A DNA stretch of 64,000 nt from Mobula hypostoma. Lineage: Eukaryota. Below are positions 10,945-23,459 of the stretch, one piece after another (positions within the stretch are counted from its first letter, which is position 1; the number at the start of each line of letters is the position of its first letter). Where the stretch lies: positions 224,256,001 through 224,320,000 of the forward strand of contig NC_086097.1 in the NCBI RefSeq assembly GCF_963921235.1, written 5' to 3'. The notes under the pieces were generated by a model that was given only the letters and a program-made list of their open reading frames with translations, ran no database searches and was not told the origin of the DNA. The position numbers and the translations under genes were made by a program.

Positions 10945-12370
10945 ATTTGCCATATTGAAGGAATTGATTGTAGACTCCAAGAAGGGAAAGTTGAGGGAGC
11001 ACACACTAGTCCTTATCAAGAGATCAGCAATGGAAAGAGTGAGCAGCTTCAAGTCCCTGAGTGCCAACATCTCTGAAGATCTATCCTGGGCCCAGCATTT
11101 TCATTTGGAGTTTAAGAAGACCTGGTATGTCACCAAAGATGAGCGCATTTCTACTGATGTAGCATGGACAGCATTCTGACTAGTTGCATCACTGTCTGGA
11201 ATGATGGAGCTGGTGTACAGGATCAGAAAAAGCTGCAGAAAGATGCAAACGCAGCCAGCTCCATCATGGGCAATAGCCTCACAGCGTCAAGGACATCTTC
11301 AAAAGGCGATGCCTCAAAAAGGCTGCATTCATCATTAAGAATCCCATCACACGGGACATGCTCTCTTCTCATTGCTACTATTAAGGAGGAGGTACAGGAG
11401 CCTAAAGACACACGCTCAATGTTTTAGGAACAGTTTTATTCTCTCCACCATCAGATTTCTGAACGGACATTGAACTCATGACCCATGTACACTACCTCAC
11501 AATTTTTTTCTTTTTTTGCTTTCTTTAAGGTGGATAGAGAAGGTAGCTGACAAGAGGATAGATAAGAATAGTTCAGCTGTTTTTTTTTTAGGTAAAACGT
11601 CATGATTAACCTTACACACAAAATATTCTGCAGATGCTGGAAATCCTGAGCAACACACAGAAAATGCTGGAGGACCTCATCAAGTCAGGCAGCATACATA
11701 GACTCTTCATCAGGACCGAATAGTCTTACATCTGGGTGTCAAGATCTCTGAGGATCTAACCTGGTCCCAACATATTGATGTAGTCATAAAGAAGGTAAGA
11801 CAGGGGCTATACTTTATTAGGAGTTTGAAGAGATTTGGCATGTCAACAAATACACTCAAAAACTTCTATAGTTGTACCATGGAGAGCATTCTGACAGGCT
11901 GCATTATTGTCTGGCATGGAGGGGCTACTGCACAGGACGAAAAGAAGCTGCTGAAGGTTATAAATCTTGTCAGCTCTATCCTGGGCACCAGCCTAAAGTA
12001 TCCAGGACATCTTTAGGGAGCAGTGTCTCAGAAAGGCAGCATCCATTATTAAAAACCTCCAGCACCCAGGGCATGCCCTTTTCTCACTGTTACCATCAGG
12101 TAGAAGATACAGAAGCCTGAAGGCACACACTCAGCGATTCAGGAACAGCTTCTTCCCCTCTGCCATCCGATTCCTAAATGGACTTTGGAGCTTTGGACAT
12201 TACCTCACTTTTTTTAATATACAGTATTTCTGTTTTTGCACATTTTTAGATAATCTATTCAATATACGTAATTGATTTGTTTGTTGTTTTGTTTTATTTT
12301 ATTTATTATTATTTTTTTTTTCGCTCTGTGCTAGATTGTGTATTGCACTGAACTGCTGCTACCAGAGCTA
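10945..12370 (+). mobile_element. Two Rex1/Babar-like LINE 3' fragments separated by a PLE terminal repeat (11612-11717)
   Basis: ISEDLSWAQH...SILTSCITVW...KKLQK, and KRFGMSTNTLKNFYSCTMESILTGCIIVWHGG..., typical of the post-RT region. Confidence 0.8.
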
Positions 12371-12711
12371 AGCTTTATGATAACTTTATTACAATATCAG
12401 AGGATTTCAAACATAATTTTTCAACCCTACAGTGTGGAGACAATATTGCGATGTGTTAGTTACTACTTGGCTTGTTCCAAGTCACCAGTGATTATTCGTG
12501 GTAGGTTAGTGGATTTTAATTCTGGTTGATATCAAAAAAATGTCAAATTAAATTACTCCTTTTTTGTTTCTTTTACCTCTCAATTCATTTCTTCTTTTAG
12601 TTTCCCCACCTCATTTTCTTTACTGGATTTAAAGTAAGTTTCAGGCATTGCATTTCAGAATACTTCAGTGCTTGATTAAGGAGAGAATAGTGATTCGTTT
12701 GGATATGCCCT

Positions 12712-12868
12712 TCTCTACCTAATAAAGTGTCCACTGAGTGTATGTTCATGATCTGCTGCTGCTGTAATCCATCTACTTTAAGGTTCGAAGTGTTGTGCAT
12801 TCAGAGATGTTCATCAGCATATCACCGCTGCAATGAGTGGTTATTTGAACTACTGTAGCCTTCCTGTC
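12712..12868. mobile_element. Tc1-like DNA transposon fragment
   Basis: acctaataaagtgtccactgagtgta resembles a Tc1-family terminal/direct-repeat motif; cut by the LTR starting at 12869. Confidence 0.5.
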
Positions 12869-13188
12869 TGTTACAACACGCACCCAACCATGCCAGCTTC
12901 TGAGGATGAGACGCTCTTATGCTCTAGAATATGGATAGCTGGCACAGCCCCTTTAAGGGTTTGGGACCATCCTGCTAATTGGCAATCATGTTTCGGGTGT
13001 GGAGAATTGACTATTTAAAGAGCACCTGTACGAAGCCTCGGTGATCAATCATAAGCCCAATCAGTGATAGCGTCCAGTGTTTTGTTTTGTGCTCAGTTCT
13101 TGATCCCATTTTATTCCGTGTCTTGATCCAAGCCTCGAATACTCCAGCATTTGGGTCCAAACCATCTGCATCAGGGACTCTTGTCACA
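12869..13188 (+). repeat. 5' LTR of a Sushi-like Gypsy element
   Basis: TGTTACAA...TTGTCACA imperfect terminal inverted repeat, internal TATTTAAA, and gag begins 16 nt downstream. Confidence 0.75.
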
Positions 13189-13204
13189 GTATGATTGAGC
13201 CAGT

Positions 13205-13760
13205 TTGGACTCAGCTGGGTATCAGAGTCTTTCGTCCACTGTGACCAGCCACAGCGAGAAGATTTCCAGACAGAGCCTGGAGATGCACGGCCTCCAGGTA
13301 GCTGTTTGTCAGCTTTCACAAGGAGGAAGCCACAGTCACTCAGGAGACCCATTTGATCGCTCTGTGGTGCAAGTACATCTTCCAACCCTGGAAAGACTCA
13401 ATGGTGTCCTGGGCTCTTACCGCAGCTTCCTCATTCAATGCTCATTAATGTTTGAACTCTAGCCATCCTGGCTCCCTTTGGAGTGTGGAAAGGTGGCCTT
13501 CATTATTTGTCTTCTGACTGGAAGAGCCCTGGCCTGGGCCACTGCGCATTGTGAACAAAGGACGGGAGAATTCATGGCTGCCATGAGGAAGGAGCCAGCC
13601 GAGCCTTGGACCGTCTATGGAGATTCGACAGGGTGGACAGTCAGCAGCCGACTGCACTATCGAGTTTTGGACCTTGGCCCAAGAGAGTGGTTGGGAATGG
13701 GAGGCCTTGGTTACTCTATAATGCTGTGGACTTTGAGATGAACTGAAGTGTGCCCTCACC
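13205..13760 (+). pseudogene. gag: Sushi-ichi/PEG10-type Gypsy gag, disrupted and 3' truncated
   Basis: ERLNGVLGSYRSFLIQCSLMFEL*PSW...KVAFIICLLTGRALAWATAH, then after frameshifts RQGGQSAADCTIEFWTLAQESGW, the retrotransposon capsid signature. Confidence 0.85.
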
Positions 13761-13774
13761 TTGGGAGAGCCTGC

Positions 13775-14325
13775 AGATGTACCGCAGAGAGCATTCTGAC
13801 AGTCTGAATCACTGTCTGGTATGGAGGGGCTACTGCACAGGACTAAAAGAAGCTGCAGAAGGTTGTAAATCTAGTCAGCTCCATCTTGGGTACTAGCCTA
13901 CAAAGTACCCAGGACATCTTTAGCGAGCGGTGTCTCAGAAAGGCAGCGTCCATTATTAAGGACCTCCAGCACCCAGGGCATGCCCTTTTCTCACAGTTAC
14001 CATCAGGTAGGAGATACAGAAGCCTGAAGGCACACACTCAGTGATTCAGGAACAACTTCTTCCCCTGTGCCATCTGATTCCTAAATGAATATTGAATCTT
14101 TGGACACTACCTCACTTTCTAAAAAAAAATACAGCATTTCTGTTTTTGCACGTTTTTTAAAATCTATTCAATATACGTAATTGATTTACTTGTTTATTTA
14201 TTATTATCTTTTAAACATTTTATTTGTTATTTTTTTTTTCTCTGCTAGATTATGTATTGCATTGAACTGCTGCTGCTAAGTTAACAGATTTCACGTCACA
14301 TGCTGGTGATAATAAACCTGGTTCT
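13775..14325 (+). mobile_element. Rex1/Babar-like LINE 3' end
   Basis: Near-identical to 11870-12370 and 38015-38625 (KAASIIKDLQHPGHALFSQLPSGRRYRSLKAHT), ending aataaacctg. Confidence 0.8.
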
Positions 14326-14339
14326 AAGTTAATAACTCA

Positions 14340-14533
14340 TCTCCTTCTATCTTAGGCCACAAATTTATCAATCACCTGGACACTTTCTGGAGGTCCAAAA
14401 TCTGTATGCTCCACGACTGCTGGACTAAGTGTGTAAATGTAGGAGGAGACTATGTTGAAAAATAAATATGCTACGTTTTCTAAAATTGTCTCCTTCTACC
14501 TTAGGCCACAGACTTATCAATCACTCCTTGTAT
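14340..14533. mobile_element. Mariner-like non-autonomous element end
   Basis: Two same-orientation copies of tctccttcta(t/c)cttaggccaca..ttatcaatcac (14340-14376, 14489-14524). The second ends ...ccttgTA, like a mariner terminal inverted repeat at a TA site. Confidence 0.55.
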
Positions 14534-14975
14534 ATTTATAAATCTTAACTAAAGGGTTAGTAAAGAATAACAAAAAGAAAAGGGCCCATTCTATTTAAGC
14601 AGTCAAATGTGCATAAGTTGGAGCTCATCTTGAACTTCACTGTCACTTAAGCGCTGGGCCCTCAGTCAACGTGAAAGCACACGCCATCTTCTGAATGTCA
14701 CTTGCAATTGATCTTGAACAAACAGGTCTCCCTCTGGATCGTACGCTAGGACCAGTTCTCCCCAGCATCCTCTTTCTTTATCTTCTCTCGGACAAAAGCC
14801 CCAAGCCCAACCTTGGTGTCCCTCGCCAGAGAAACCTCCCCTTCAATTCGACCATCCTAATTGGATGGCAGACATTTCTCCTCATCTCTCATCTTTCATC
14901 AGCTGAAAACAAGCGACTCTCATAGAAGAGCACAAAATGAAATACATATAGCATAACAGTAAAAATTACACAGAT
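14534..14975 (-). repeat. Possible truncated solo LTR
   Basis: Composition and layout resemble the other solo LTRs here; termini and TSD not resolved. Confidence 0.3.
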
Positions 14976-15884
14976 AATGGAGAGGCAAGCAGATCCAAGG
15001 GCAACTGCTCCCATTTACAGAAAGATCACTTTTGGGAGATGCCAGCCTTTTCACTTAGGACTGTGTCATTGCAGGATTCCTGTTTGATAGAAATGTCTGC
15101 CTCATTGCTTGCAGTCTTTCCTGAACTGGGCTGAGAGGAGTAGTTTCTGGCAATGAATGGGCCAGTCCTACTGCAGACATGATCAAGAAATGGCCCAGTC
15201 CTGGGAGCTACTGACCAAACAGGCCAGGCTGGAGGAGCAGCAGGGTTTTTTTTTCTCAGCTGCAATTCTCTTCACAATCAAATTACCACCCAATGTTTTT
15301 GTTGTAGGAATACTCTCCCAGCTCAGAGGGCCTGGACCCTTCTTCAGTGAATCGAAGCAAAGTTTCTGGGTTAATGTAGTCCAGAATACTCGGAAGTTAT
15401 CAGACTCAGATCCTAAATAGTCAATGTTTTCAGTTTCCATGTGGAAGGAGTCACCCTGTGGAAGGTGCAGAGAACTAGGCCTGCACCTGATGCAAAGGCA
15501 TACAGACTAAGTATTACAAACTCAGAGCACCATGTTGGCTGCAAGGAGCAACCAGTATCCAAGGAAGAAGTGTGACAAGCTGCTCAGCATTTAAGTTCAT
15601 CCCACTGTAGTTCACTGGCAGGAGAAAAATCTGTCTTAACAAAGGCCTGGATAGAATGGATGTGCAGAGGATGTTTCCAATGGTGACCAGATGACAGTCT
15701 CGGAATAGAAGGGCATCCTTTGGAACAGAACCGCTCCAGCCAGAATGTGGTGAATCTATGGAATCTGTTGTCATTCATCTCCCTCTGGTTCTTTTCTAAA
15801 GGATGTGGTTCTATTCTGAAGCTGTGCTTAAGGTTATCATAGCCAGGGGAAGCAGTGAAGATAAATTCCCATGACTTACTAAAT

Positions 15885-16225
15885 GCACCCAATAGCGTGC
15901 ATCTCAGATAGCCTCTGACAACCAAGTCCAGGTCCTGGTCTTCACATGTGGCTTAGGTACTAAGCCCAGCGGAACCGTTTCCACTGACAGGAGAAGGGGC
16001 AAAGGTGAGTTACTGGTGCCTTAGAACTAGTCGCTTTGGGCAGATGGGGCTTATCAGCCATCGTTGGTAGCTCATCTAGGAGAAGGAAAACTTTGATCTC
16101 AAACCTCCACTACCTTGTGGCTATACCCACTCATGAGGAAGGCTACGGGAGTAAACCCCAAGGTAGAGCCAGAGCTGGAGCCCCCAAGGCAGTCTTGCAG
16201 TGAGTTCAATGCTGACTGGCAACTC
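15885..16225 (+). mobile_element. RTE-like 5'UTR-derived retroposon fragment
   Basis: ctaggagaaggaaaactttgatctcaaacc motif as I recall from RTE-clade leaders; strong local hairpins. Confidence 0.45.
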
Positions 16226-16227
16226 TT

Positions 16228-16990
16228 GTTTCAAAGGCACATTTAATGTCAGCGAAATGTATACAATATACATCCTGAGATGTTTTTTCTTCGCAACCAT
16301 CCAGGAAAACAGAGGAGTGCTCCCAAAGAATGGATGACAGTTAAACGTTAGAACCCCAAAGTCCCCGCCAGCTCCCCTCCCTCCTGCTAGCAGCAAAAAA
16401 GCATCAGCACCCACCACCGAGCACTCAATCGTGAGCAAGGCGACAGCAAAGACACAGACTTGCAGTAGTCCAAAGACTACATTGTTCACCCGGCATTCAA
16501 CATACCATAGGCTCCCTCTCTCCCTAATGAGAAAGAGGTTTCCCCGTTTCACAGTGAGGGGAAGACATAACAAACAACTCGCTGATTTTACGATGTTAAA
16601 AATCCGTTGCATCGCTTTTTCCGAGCTCTGTACCCAAAGATCTCAGGTCTCTAGGCCCACAGCCTTAGATCTTCCATCTCCCCCGACACACCGGCCTTCT
16701 TGGACATCGACTTCCGATCCCCTCCTGTCTCCAGAGCCATGAAAACTCAGTTTTCCAAAGGCGAGCGGAGCTCTTAGGCCGAGCCCTTGACGTGACGAAC
16801 AACGGCCAGTTATGAAACCCCCAAGATCAGGTCCCATTCCTGAAAAGAACCGTAGTCAGCGTGTAACTCCAGGTCAGGGTCTTCAAAGGAACTCAGAAAG
16901 GGAAAAATAGAGATACTAAAGATGGAAATAGAACTATTTCCGAAGATGCAAGCGAAGGAGTCGCCGTTAGGCGCCATTAACCCTCCTAAG
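16228..16990 (-). mobile_element. Non-autonomous retroposon with CpG-rich 5' end and Rex1-like 3' UTR
   Basis: Minus-strand start ...aatggcgcctaacggcgactcc; the 3' part resembles LINE 3' UTRs elsewhere in the window. Confidence 0.5.
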
Positions 16991-17229
16991 TTCTGCCTTT
17001 TTTTGTGATGCTACTGGTGCCAATTTTATTGGTCTCTGCCTTTGGTTTGGATTCATCAGGTGCATGGATAGGGGGAGACTGCTCTCCATATCATGCTGCC
17101 TGGGCTTGTGTATCACGTAGACAGCTAGGACACAACATCCATGGCTAACCTTGAACAACGGAGGGCCTACTATCCCATTGCCACCAACAGCTGTAGATGC
17201 CAAGTCATTGGGTGAATTTATTAGAGATT

Positions 17230-17515
17230 GAGAAGTATGTAATTATTTTTTAAAATTTTATTGACATACAGCATGGAATAGACCCTTAGAGCCGCACCAT
17301 CCAGCAATCCCTCGATTTAATCCTAGCCTAATCCAGAATGATCAATCAATCTACCAACCAGTACGTCTTTAGATTGTGGGAACAAACTGGAGCACCCGGA
17401 AGAAACCCGGACAGTCACGGGGAGAATGTACAAATTCCTTACAGGCAGCGATGGGGATTGAACTTGAATCGCCTGTACTGTAAAACGCTGTTCTAACCAC
17501 TACACTACTGTGCTG
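17230..17515 (-). mobile_element. tRNA-derived V-SINE/HE1-like SINE
   Basis: Core tgtgggaacaaactggagcacccggaagaaaccc...cacggggagaatgtacaaa; related copies at 36940-37124, 42930-43200 and 53660-53945. Confidence 0.7.
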
Positions 17516-19425
17516 TATGGGGAGAAGGCAGGAGAATTGAGTTCAGAGAGTGAATAAGCCAGCCATGATTGAATTGCCTAATTCTGCTCCTATGTCTCAT
17601 AGTCTTATGGTGTTATAACAAAATTTAGTTAACAAAGAGTTTCTTGACAGAATTTGAGGTTGACCAAAGGTGATATGCTATGCCAAAGCACAAGATAATG
17701 AGATGACCAGTCCTGGGTCTTGTCAGATATCAAGGGCATTCAGGATTACTTATGGTCAGAAAGACCCTGATAATGGAGACCAGTCTCTACTTGAAATTAG
17801 AAACCTCAGCTCCCAATGGTTAACTCTTGAGGGATAGTGAGCTTTCCAAGCTGGTTAGTCATCTGACAATTGAACCTTTGAGAAGATGTTGCATGTAAGC
17901 GCAAATCTAACAATGGGCAGATTCCATTGCAGCCTAGCTGTGGGGAATCAAGGCTCAGAATAGGACTCAGCAAGTTGTTGATTAAAGCCGAGGAGACCTT
18001 CCTGAAAAAACATCTCAAAGTCAAAATAGGATGGTTGGAAACCATGATAACTATCACCAGAGCTAATTGATACAGTTCTTTCATTGTTTTTCAGCAACAA
18101 AAACTACAAACAATTTCCAGTTCCTGCTGTTGCAAGTGCTCCTTCAAAGACTCCCTTACAAAAAATACCAGAACTGAGAGTTGCTACACTTGGCTCTTCA
18201 CTGCATGCTCCCAACAGGGGGAATAATTAGGCTGTTTGGCAGGAATGAGAAATATTTTATAAGCTTTGCTAAATAGTCAAAAGTCATGGGTGCATAAAAT
18301 AAAAATAGTTTAATAACTTCAGAAAAGTTATGAAGATAAGGCTAGCCAGAATTTCACCATGTCAACTAGATAAGCAAATTGCTTAGGCTGAAAAGAATTT
18401 CTTCTCAGTCTATTAAACCCTCTGATCAGCAACTCTTCAACTTTCAATGCAAGCCAATCTTGTAGCAATCACTTGTTATCACTGCCAATTCAACCTGGAA
18501 CTGATAAATTAGTTGGAAATACAAGTAGACACGCTAACCTTACATTATCATATTTCAATCATTATTGCCCTGGTTTCACACACATTTGAAATGTGTGAAA
18601 CAAGCCATCAGTCAATAATCATCTGACATTCCCACTTCTCAAGCCTAAAGGGCTAAACTTTTAGGGAATTATTTGTATCAGAGTTTTGCCATCAGTACTC
18701 CAATATTGCTTTGAAAAAATTACAGTGATCAGCATCAGAAAGTTTCCACCTCAAATATCCTCAGTAATTGAGAATCCACAGGCCTGTTGGAGGGAGAATT
18801 CATTATCTTTTGGATGAAGAAGTTTTCTCACATCCCAGTCCTGAATGGCCAACCTTTTAATTTGAGATTATTTTCTCTGGTTCTAGATATACTAACCCAA
18901 GGGGGAATAATCAACTTCCCATTTACCCTGTTATATGCTTGACTATACTAATCTTTAAACTTTCGTACAAATTTCTTACATTTCAATGAGATTACTGTTT
19001 ATTCTTCTACAATAATCTAACCATCATATGAAATAGACTGGTAAATCTTTGCTGCACCTCTTCGGTTGCACATATTTCCTTCCTTAGACTTTTATGCAAC
19101 ATTTCAGACATTACCTCATCATAGTCCTATATAATTGGAGAAAGACGTCCTTTTGTACTCAATTCTCCTTGAGATAAGGGCAATCATGCTATTCACTCTT
19201 GTTCTTGCTTTAAATTAACTTTCAGTGATTCACAATTGCTCAACTCCATCTTCTCACAGCCTCTCACCATATTGTCTAAGTAGATGACCACCCATTTTTC
19301 CCTATTATATTCCACCTACTATTCCTTGCTTATACACTTAACCATGTCCGTGTACATCAGAAGCTTCTCTCCATTGTTCCACCCTCCCACCACCTTCTTT
19401 ATAGGGCCTCTGCCCCTTCCCTCTA

Positions 19426-19462
19426 CAGTCCTGACGAAGGGTTCCGGCCCGAAACGTTGGCT
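19426..19462 (+). ncRNA. Minimal type I hammerhead ribozyme motif in a Penelope terminal repeat (repeat ~19370-19560)
   Basis: cAGUC-CUGACGA-A-GGGU(UCCG)GCCC-GAAAC-GUU-GGCU: intact core, 4-bp stem II, 4-bp stem I, palindromic ACGU stem III. Confidence 0.75.
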
Positions 19463-19748
19463 CATCGTTCCCATGGATGCTGCCCAACCTGCTGAGTTCC
19501 TCCAGTATGTTGTGAGTGTTGCTTTGACCCCAGCATCTGCAGAGTATTTTGTGTTTTCGGTTCTCCATTGTCCTCACAGTCTACACTGCCATCTAGCTTT
19601 ATATCATCAGCAGATTTAGATATGTTAATTTTGACTCCCTCATTGTTGTGAACAGTACAAAGCTCTGCAGACTGATTATGGCCTTTCAACCTGAAAATTA
19701 CTTGTTTCTTCTTAGTCTTTGTTTCCTGCCCATTAGTAAATGGCACAA

Positions 19749-20460
19749 GAGGAGTCCTTCCAGGTAGGACACACTTTGCTGACGAATCTCCTGGGGTTGT
19801 CTATTGTGTCCGGTTCTCCCGATGAGGCCTCCTCTACATTGGTGGTACCCGTCATAAATTGAGGGATGGCTTCATTGAGCACCTCTGCACCATCCGCTAA
19901 AAGCGGAACTTCCCAGTGGGCAAACATTTTAATTCCGATTCTCATTCCCATTCGAACATGTTAGTCCATGGCTTCCCCTTGTGCCAAGATAAGGCCACCA
20001 TCAGGGTGGACGAGCAACACCTTATTTTCTGTTTGGGTAACTTCCATGCTAACAGCATGAATATCGATTTTTCCTTGTGGTATAAACAACTCCGTCCCCC
20101 TCCCCTGTTCTTCTATTCCCCACTCTGGCCTCTTGCCTCTTTTCTCCTGCCTATCTTTTCCCCCTGAGTCCGCTTTCTCCTACGGTCCACACTCCTCTTC
20201 TGTCAGATTCCTTCCTCTCAGCCCTTTATTTTTCCTACCCACCTGGCTTCCCCCATCACCTTCTATCTATTCTCCATCCCCCCCGTCACCTTTTTATTCT
20301 GGCATCTTCCCCCTTTCTTTCCAGTCCTAAAGAAGGGTCTCAGCCCAAAAAGTAGATTGTTTATTCGTTTCCTTAGGTGCTGCCTGGCCTGCTGAGTTCC
20401 TGCAGAATTTTGTGTGTGTTGCTTTGGATTTCCAGCAGAATCCCTGCAGAATTTCTCGTG
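19749..20460 (+). mobile_element. Penelope-like element 3' part (GIY-YIG endonuclease remnant plus terminal repeat)
   Basis: ESPGVVYCVR...LLYIGGTRHKL...EHL...PVGKHFNSDSHSHSNM...EQHLIFCLG...MNIDFS, a pyrimidine tract, then a decayed hammerhead at ~20322-20360. Confidence 0.85.
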
Positions 20461-21026
20461 TTTATAGCTGCATTCTATGTTGTGGATGGCACATACCACA
20501 GTCACTATGCTTATGCTGGTTAATAGGATACAGTCAAGGTGACTGTTTTGTTCTTGATAGCACTGAGATTGTAGTGTGGTTGGAGCTGTTCTCACCTGAC
20601 AGATAGACAGCACTCCATCATATTCTTGGTGTGCTTGTGTGTGGTGGAAGGGTTTTGAATTGTTCTGAGGTGATTTGAATGGAAAATCCTACATTAAGTA
20701 CTGGATACAGACCTATCCCACATGGATAAAGCCCTCCCCAACATTGAGATCATCTACATAAGGTGTTGTTGCATGAAAGCAGCATCAGCCATTGGGGACC
20801 CCCTCCATCCAGGTCATGCTCTCTTCTCACTGCTGCCATCAGGAAGAAGGTACAGGAACCTTGGGACTCACACTATCAGGTTCAGGAAGAGTTATTAGCC
20901 CTCACGCTCCTGAACCAGATGGGCTAACTTCCAAGAGATAATCTGCAGATGCTGGAAATCCAAAGCAATGCACACAAAGTGCTGGAGGAACTCAGCAGGC
21001 CTGCAGCATCAATAGAAAAGAGTACA

Positions 21027-21060
21027 GTCGACGTTTCAGGCAGAGACCCTTCATCAGGAC
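21027..21060 (-). ncRNA. Minimal hammerhead ribozyme motif in a Penelope terminal repeat (repeat 20938-21060)
   Basis: Minus strand GUC-CUGAUGA-A-GGGU(CUCU)GCCU-GAAAC-GUC-GAC: intact core and GUC triplet; stem I only 3 bp. Confidence 0.7.
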
Positions 21061-21591
21061 ACATCACCCAGCTTCATTTGCCCCATTACTGAACTGCTCC
21101 CACAACCTATGGACTCACTTTCAAGGGCTCCTTTGTCTCACGACCTTGATATTTATGGCTTTTTAATTATTATTTACTTTTTTAATTTCTTTTTGCATTT
21201 GCAGATGTTGTCTTTTTGCACCTTTTGCTGTGGTCTTTCATTGAGATGAGGAGGAATTTCCTGAGCTATTGAGTGGTGAATCTGTGGAATTCATTGCCAT
21301 AGGCGGCTGTGGAGGCCAACTCTTTATGTTTATTTAAGTCGGAGGTTGATAGATTCTTGATAAGTCAGGGCATGAAAGGATAAGAGGAGAACGCAGGAGA
21401 ATGGGGCTGAGAGGGAAAATGGATCAACTATGATCAAATGGCAGAGCAGACTCGATGGGCCAAATGGCTTAATTCTTTTTCTGTATTTTATGATCTGATA
21501 GTCTTATTCTATCGTGGTTATTACTCTTTTGTGGTTATTGAATATCCCTGCGAAGAAATGAATGTCAGGGTTGTATATAGTGACATATATG

Positions 21592-22115
21592 TGGTTGGTT
21601 GGTTGTCTGTTGTGTCCGACGATGACAGGAAACCTGTGCGGGAGAGTTTTAAAGTGGAAAAGCCATCACACTGAGGCAGTTCCTCTCTCTCAACCTCAGA
21701 AGTCCAGGTGCAGTGGTACCAACAAGCATCACAAACTGGGGTCTTCCTTACTTGCAGTGGATGGTAATGACGTCTTCTGTGCCTTGTCATGCCCTTCACT
21801 CACCACAGAGCGTTGCAGTACCAGCTTCCCAGCCACTGGATCTCACTGTAGATCTCATCTGCCCCGTCTGCTGAAGCTGACTTTGTGTGCTAGGACGGGT
21901 ATATCCCTATCTCACCGGGGTATGAGGCCGCCCCCTACCCTCACCTGGTTAGCCCACCTGTCAAAGTGGAGTACTGGGGTATGGTCTCTGTTGTATTCAA
22001 TCAATTACCCTCTGGTGAGAGATGAGTGTCCGGGGGGACCAAAAGTGAGCTGTCCCGGAATGACAAGCCCCTTCACCAGAAATGCTACCCTCCATGGACA
22101 CCCCACACACCCCAG
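21592..22115 (-). mobile_element. Non-autonomous retroposon with 8-bp TSD
   Basis: CATATATG at 21584-21591 and 22116-22123; (AACC)n tail on minus; related partial copy at ~43545-43870 on plus. Confidence 0.75.
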
Positions 22116-23459
22116 CATATATGCACTTTGAAAATAAATTTACTTTGAACTTTGAGATGCTCGCCCCAGGATATTCAGCCACTGTATTGATGTTGTGCAT
22201 CAGATAATAACCCCTGGATGTTGACGGTGGGATATAGAGCCATTTCGTGCCAAGGCTAGAGGGTAAGATTCCCTCTCGTTGGAAATGGACATCCCCCAGC
22301 AACTTTGTGGCATGACTGTAACTTGTCACTCGTCTATGTGTGGGGACAGGTATTTCATTTTCTGACGTGGTTCATGAAATAGTACCTCATGGCATCACCA
22401 GTAAGTTTCCCACTTCATATTTTACGACGAAAAGAAGATCATTGATGAAACTGCTGAGGACGTTTGAATCTAGGACTGCTCTGGGGACTCCTGCAGTGAA
22501 GTTCTGGGCTGGGATGATTGACCTTCAACAACTACAACTATTGTAATTTTCTGTTGACTATTTTCTTCAACGTTTTCCCCTTGATCTCAGTAATTGGCTA
22601 GTTGTTACTTCCAAACTCTGTGCTCTTTAACCCTATAATCTATCATTTACTGTATGTACCCCTGTGGGACATTGGTGCCAAATCTTTTTTTAACTTCTGT
22701 GTGTAATAACAGTGATTGACCTTTAGAAATCATTTCTAAAAAAGGACTTTGCATGGTCATAATTTTGCATGGTGTGAAAATCAGGAGATTCTGAGAGCAA
22801 CTCTCTTCCGAGCAAAGACTATTAATCAAGACTCCATGGATATACTAACAGTCAAATAGTGAATTATCAGCCTGAGTTCAGGTCCTGCAAGGAAAGACCA
22901 GTGCCAGAATACTTTAGAAACCAACGCACAGGAACGTCAAAACAGGTGTCTGAAAGAACAAACTTTTGGCCCTTTCCCAGCAAAGCAATAGATCAGAAAA
23001 AGGAGTATCATCCAGAGAAGAGAGCAAGTAAGTGGAATTGCATGAGAGGAATACATTGAATTTAGGACATGCAAGCAGAAGTCACAGGATTATGGTATGA
23101 AAGGAAATATGCTATTTGAATAAATAAATTAAATAGTCATCTTAACGTTAAAAACAGATTATAAAACTAATCTTAATCCTGCATTTTAATAATGATGAAC
23201 TAATGTGAAGAAACATTATAATACAGTAAGACTTATATCTGTTGATTAAATTGAAGAACAGAGTTGAATATTTACAGGATATTCTCAGTTGGTGATTGAC
23301 AGATCTATGAAGAAACTGTAACAGGAAGAGCCTTTAGTCACTTACACTATATCCCTGGCGGTTCCACACAACCAACTCAACATCAGAGATTTTGAAATAT
23401 GTTAGTTGATAACTCTGGACTTGATAAATGTTTTAACTATGTATGTAAAGTCATAATAG

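Noticed and set aside
22859..23059. ORF containing an internal GTAAGT as a host exon
   Set aside because: No convincing acceptor and no recognisable peptide.
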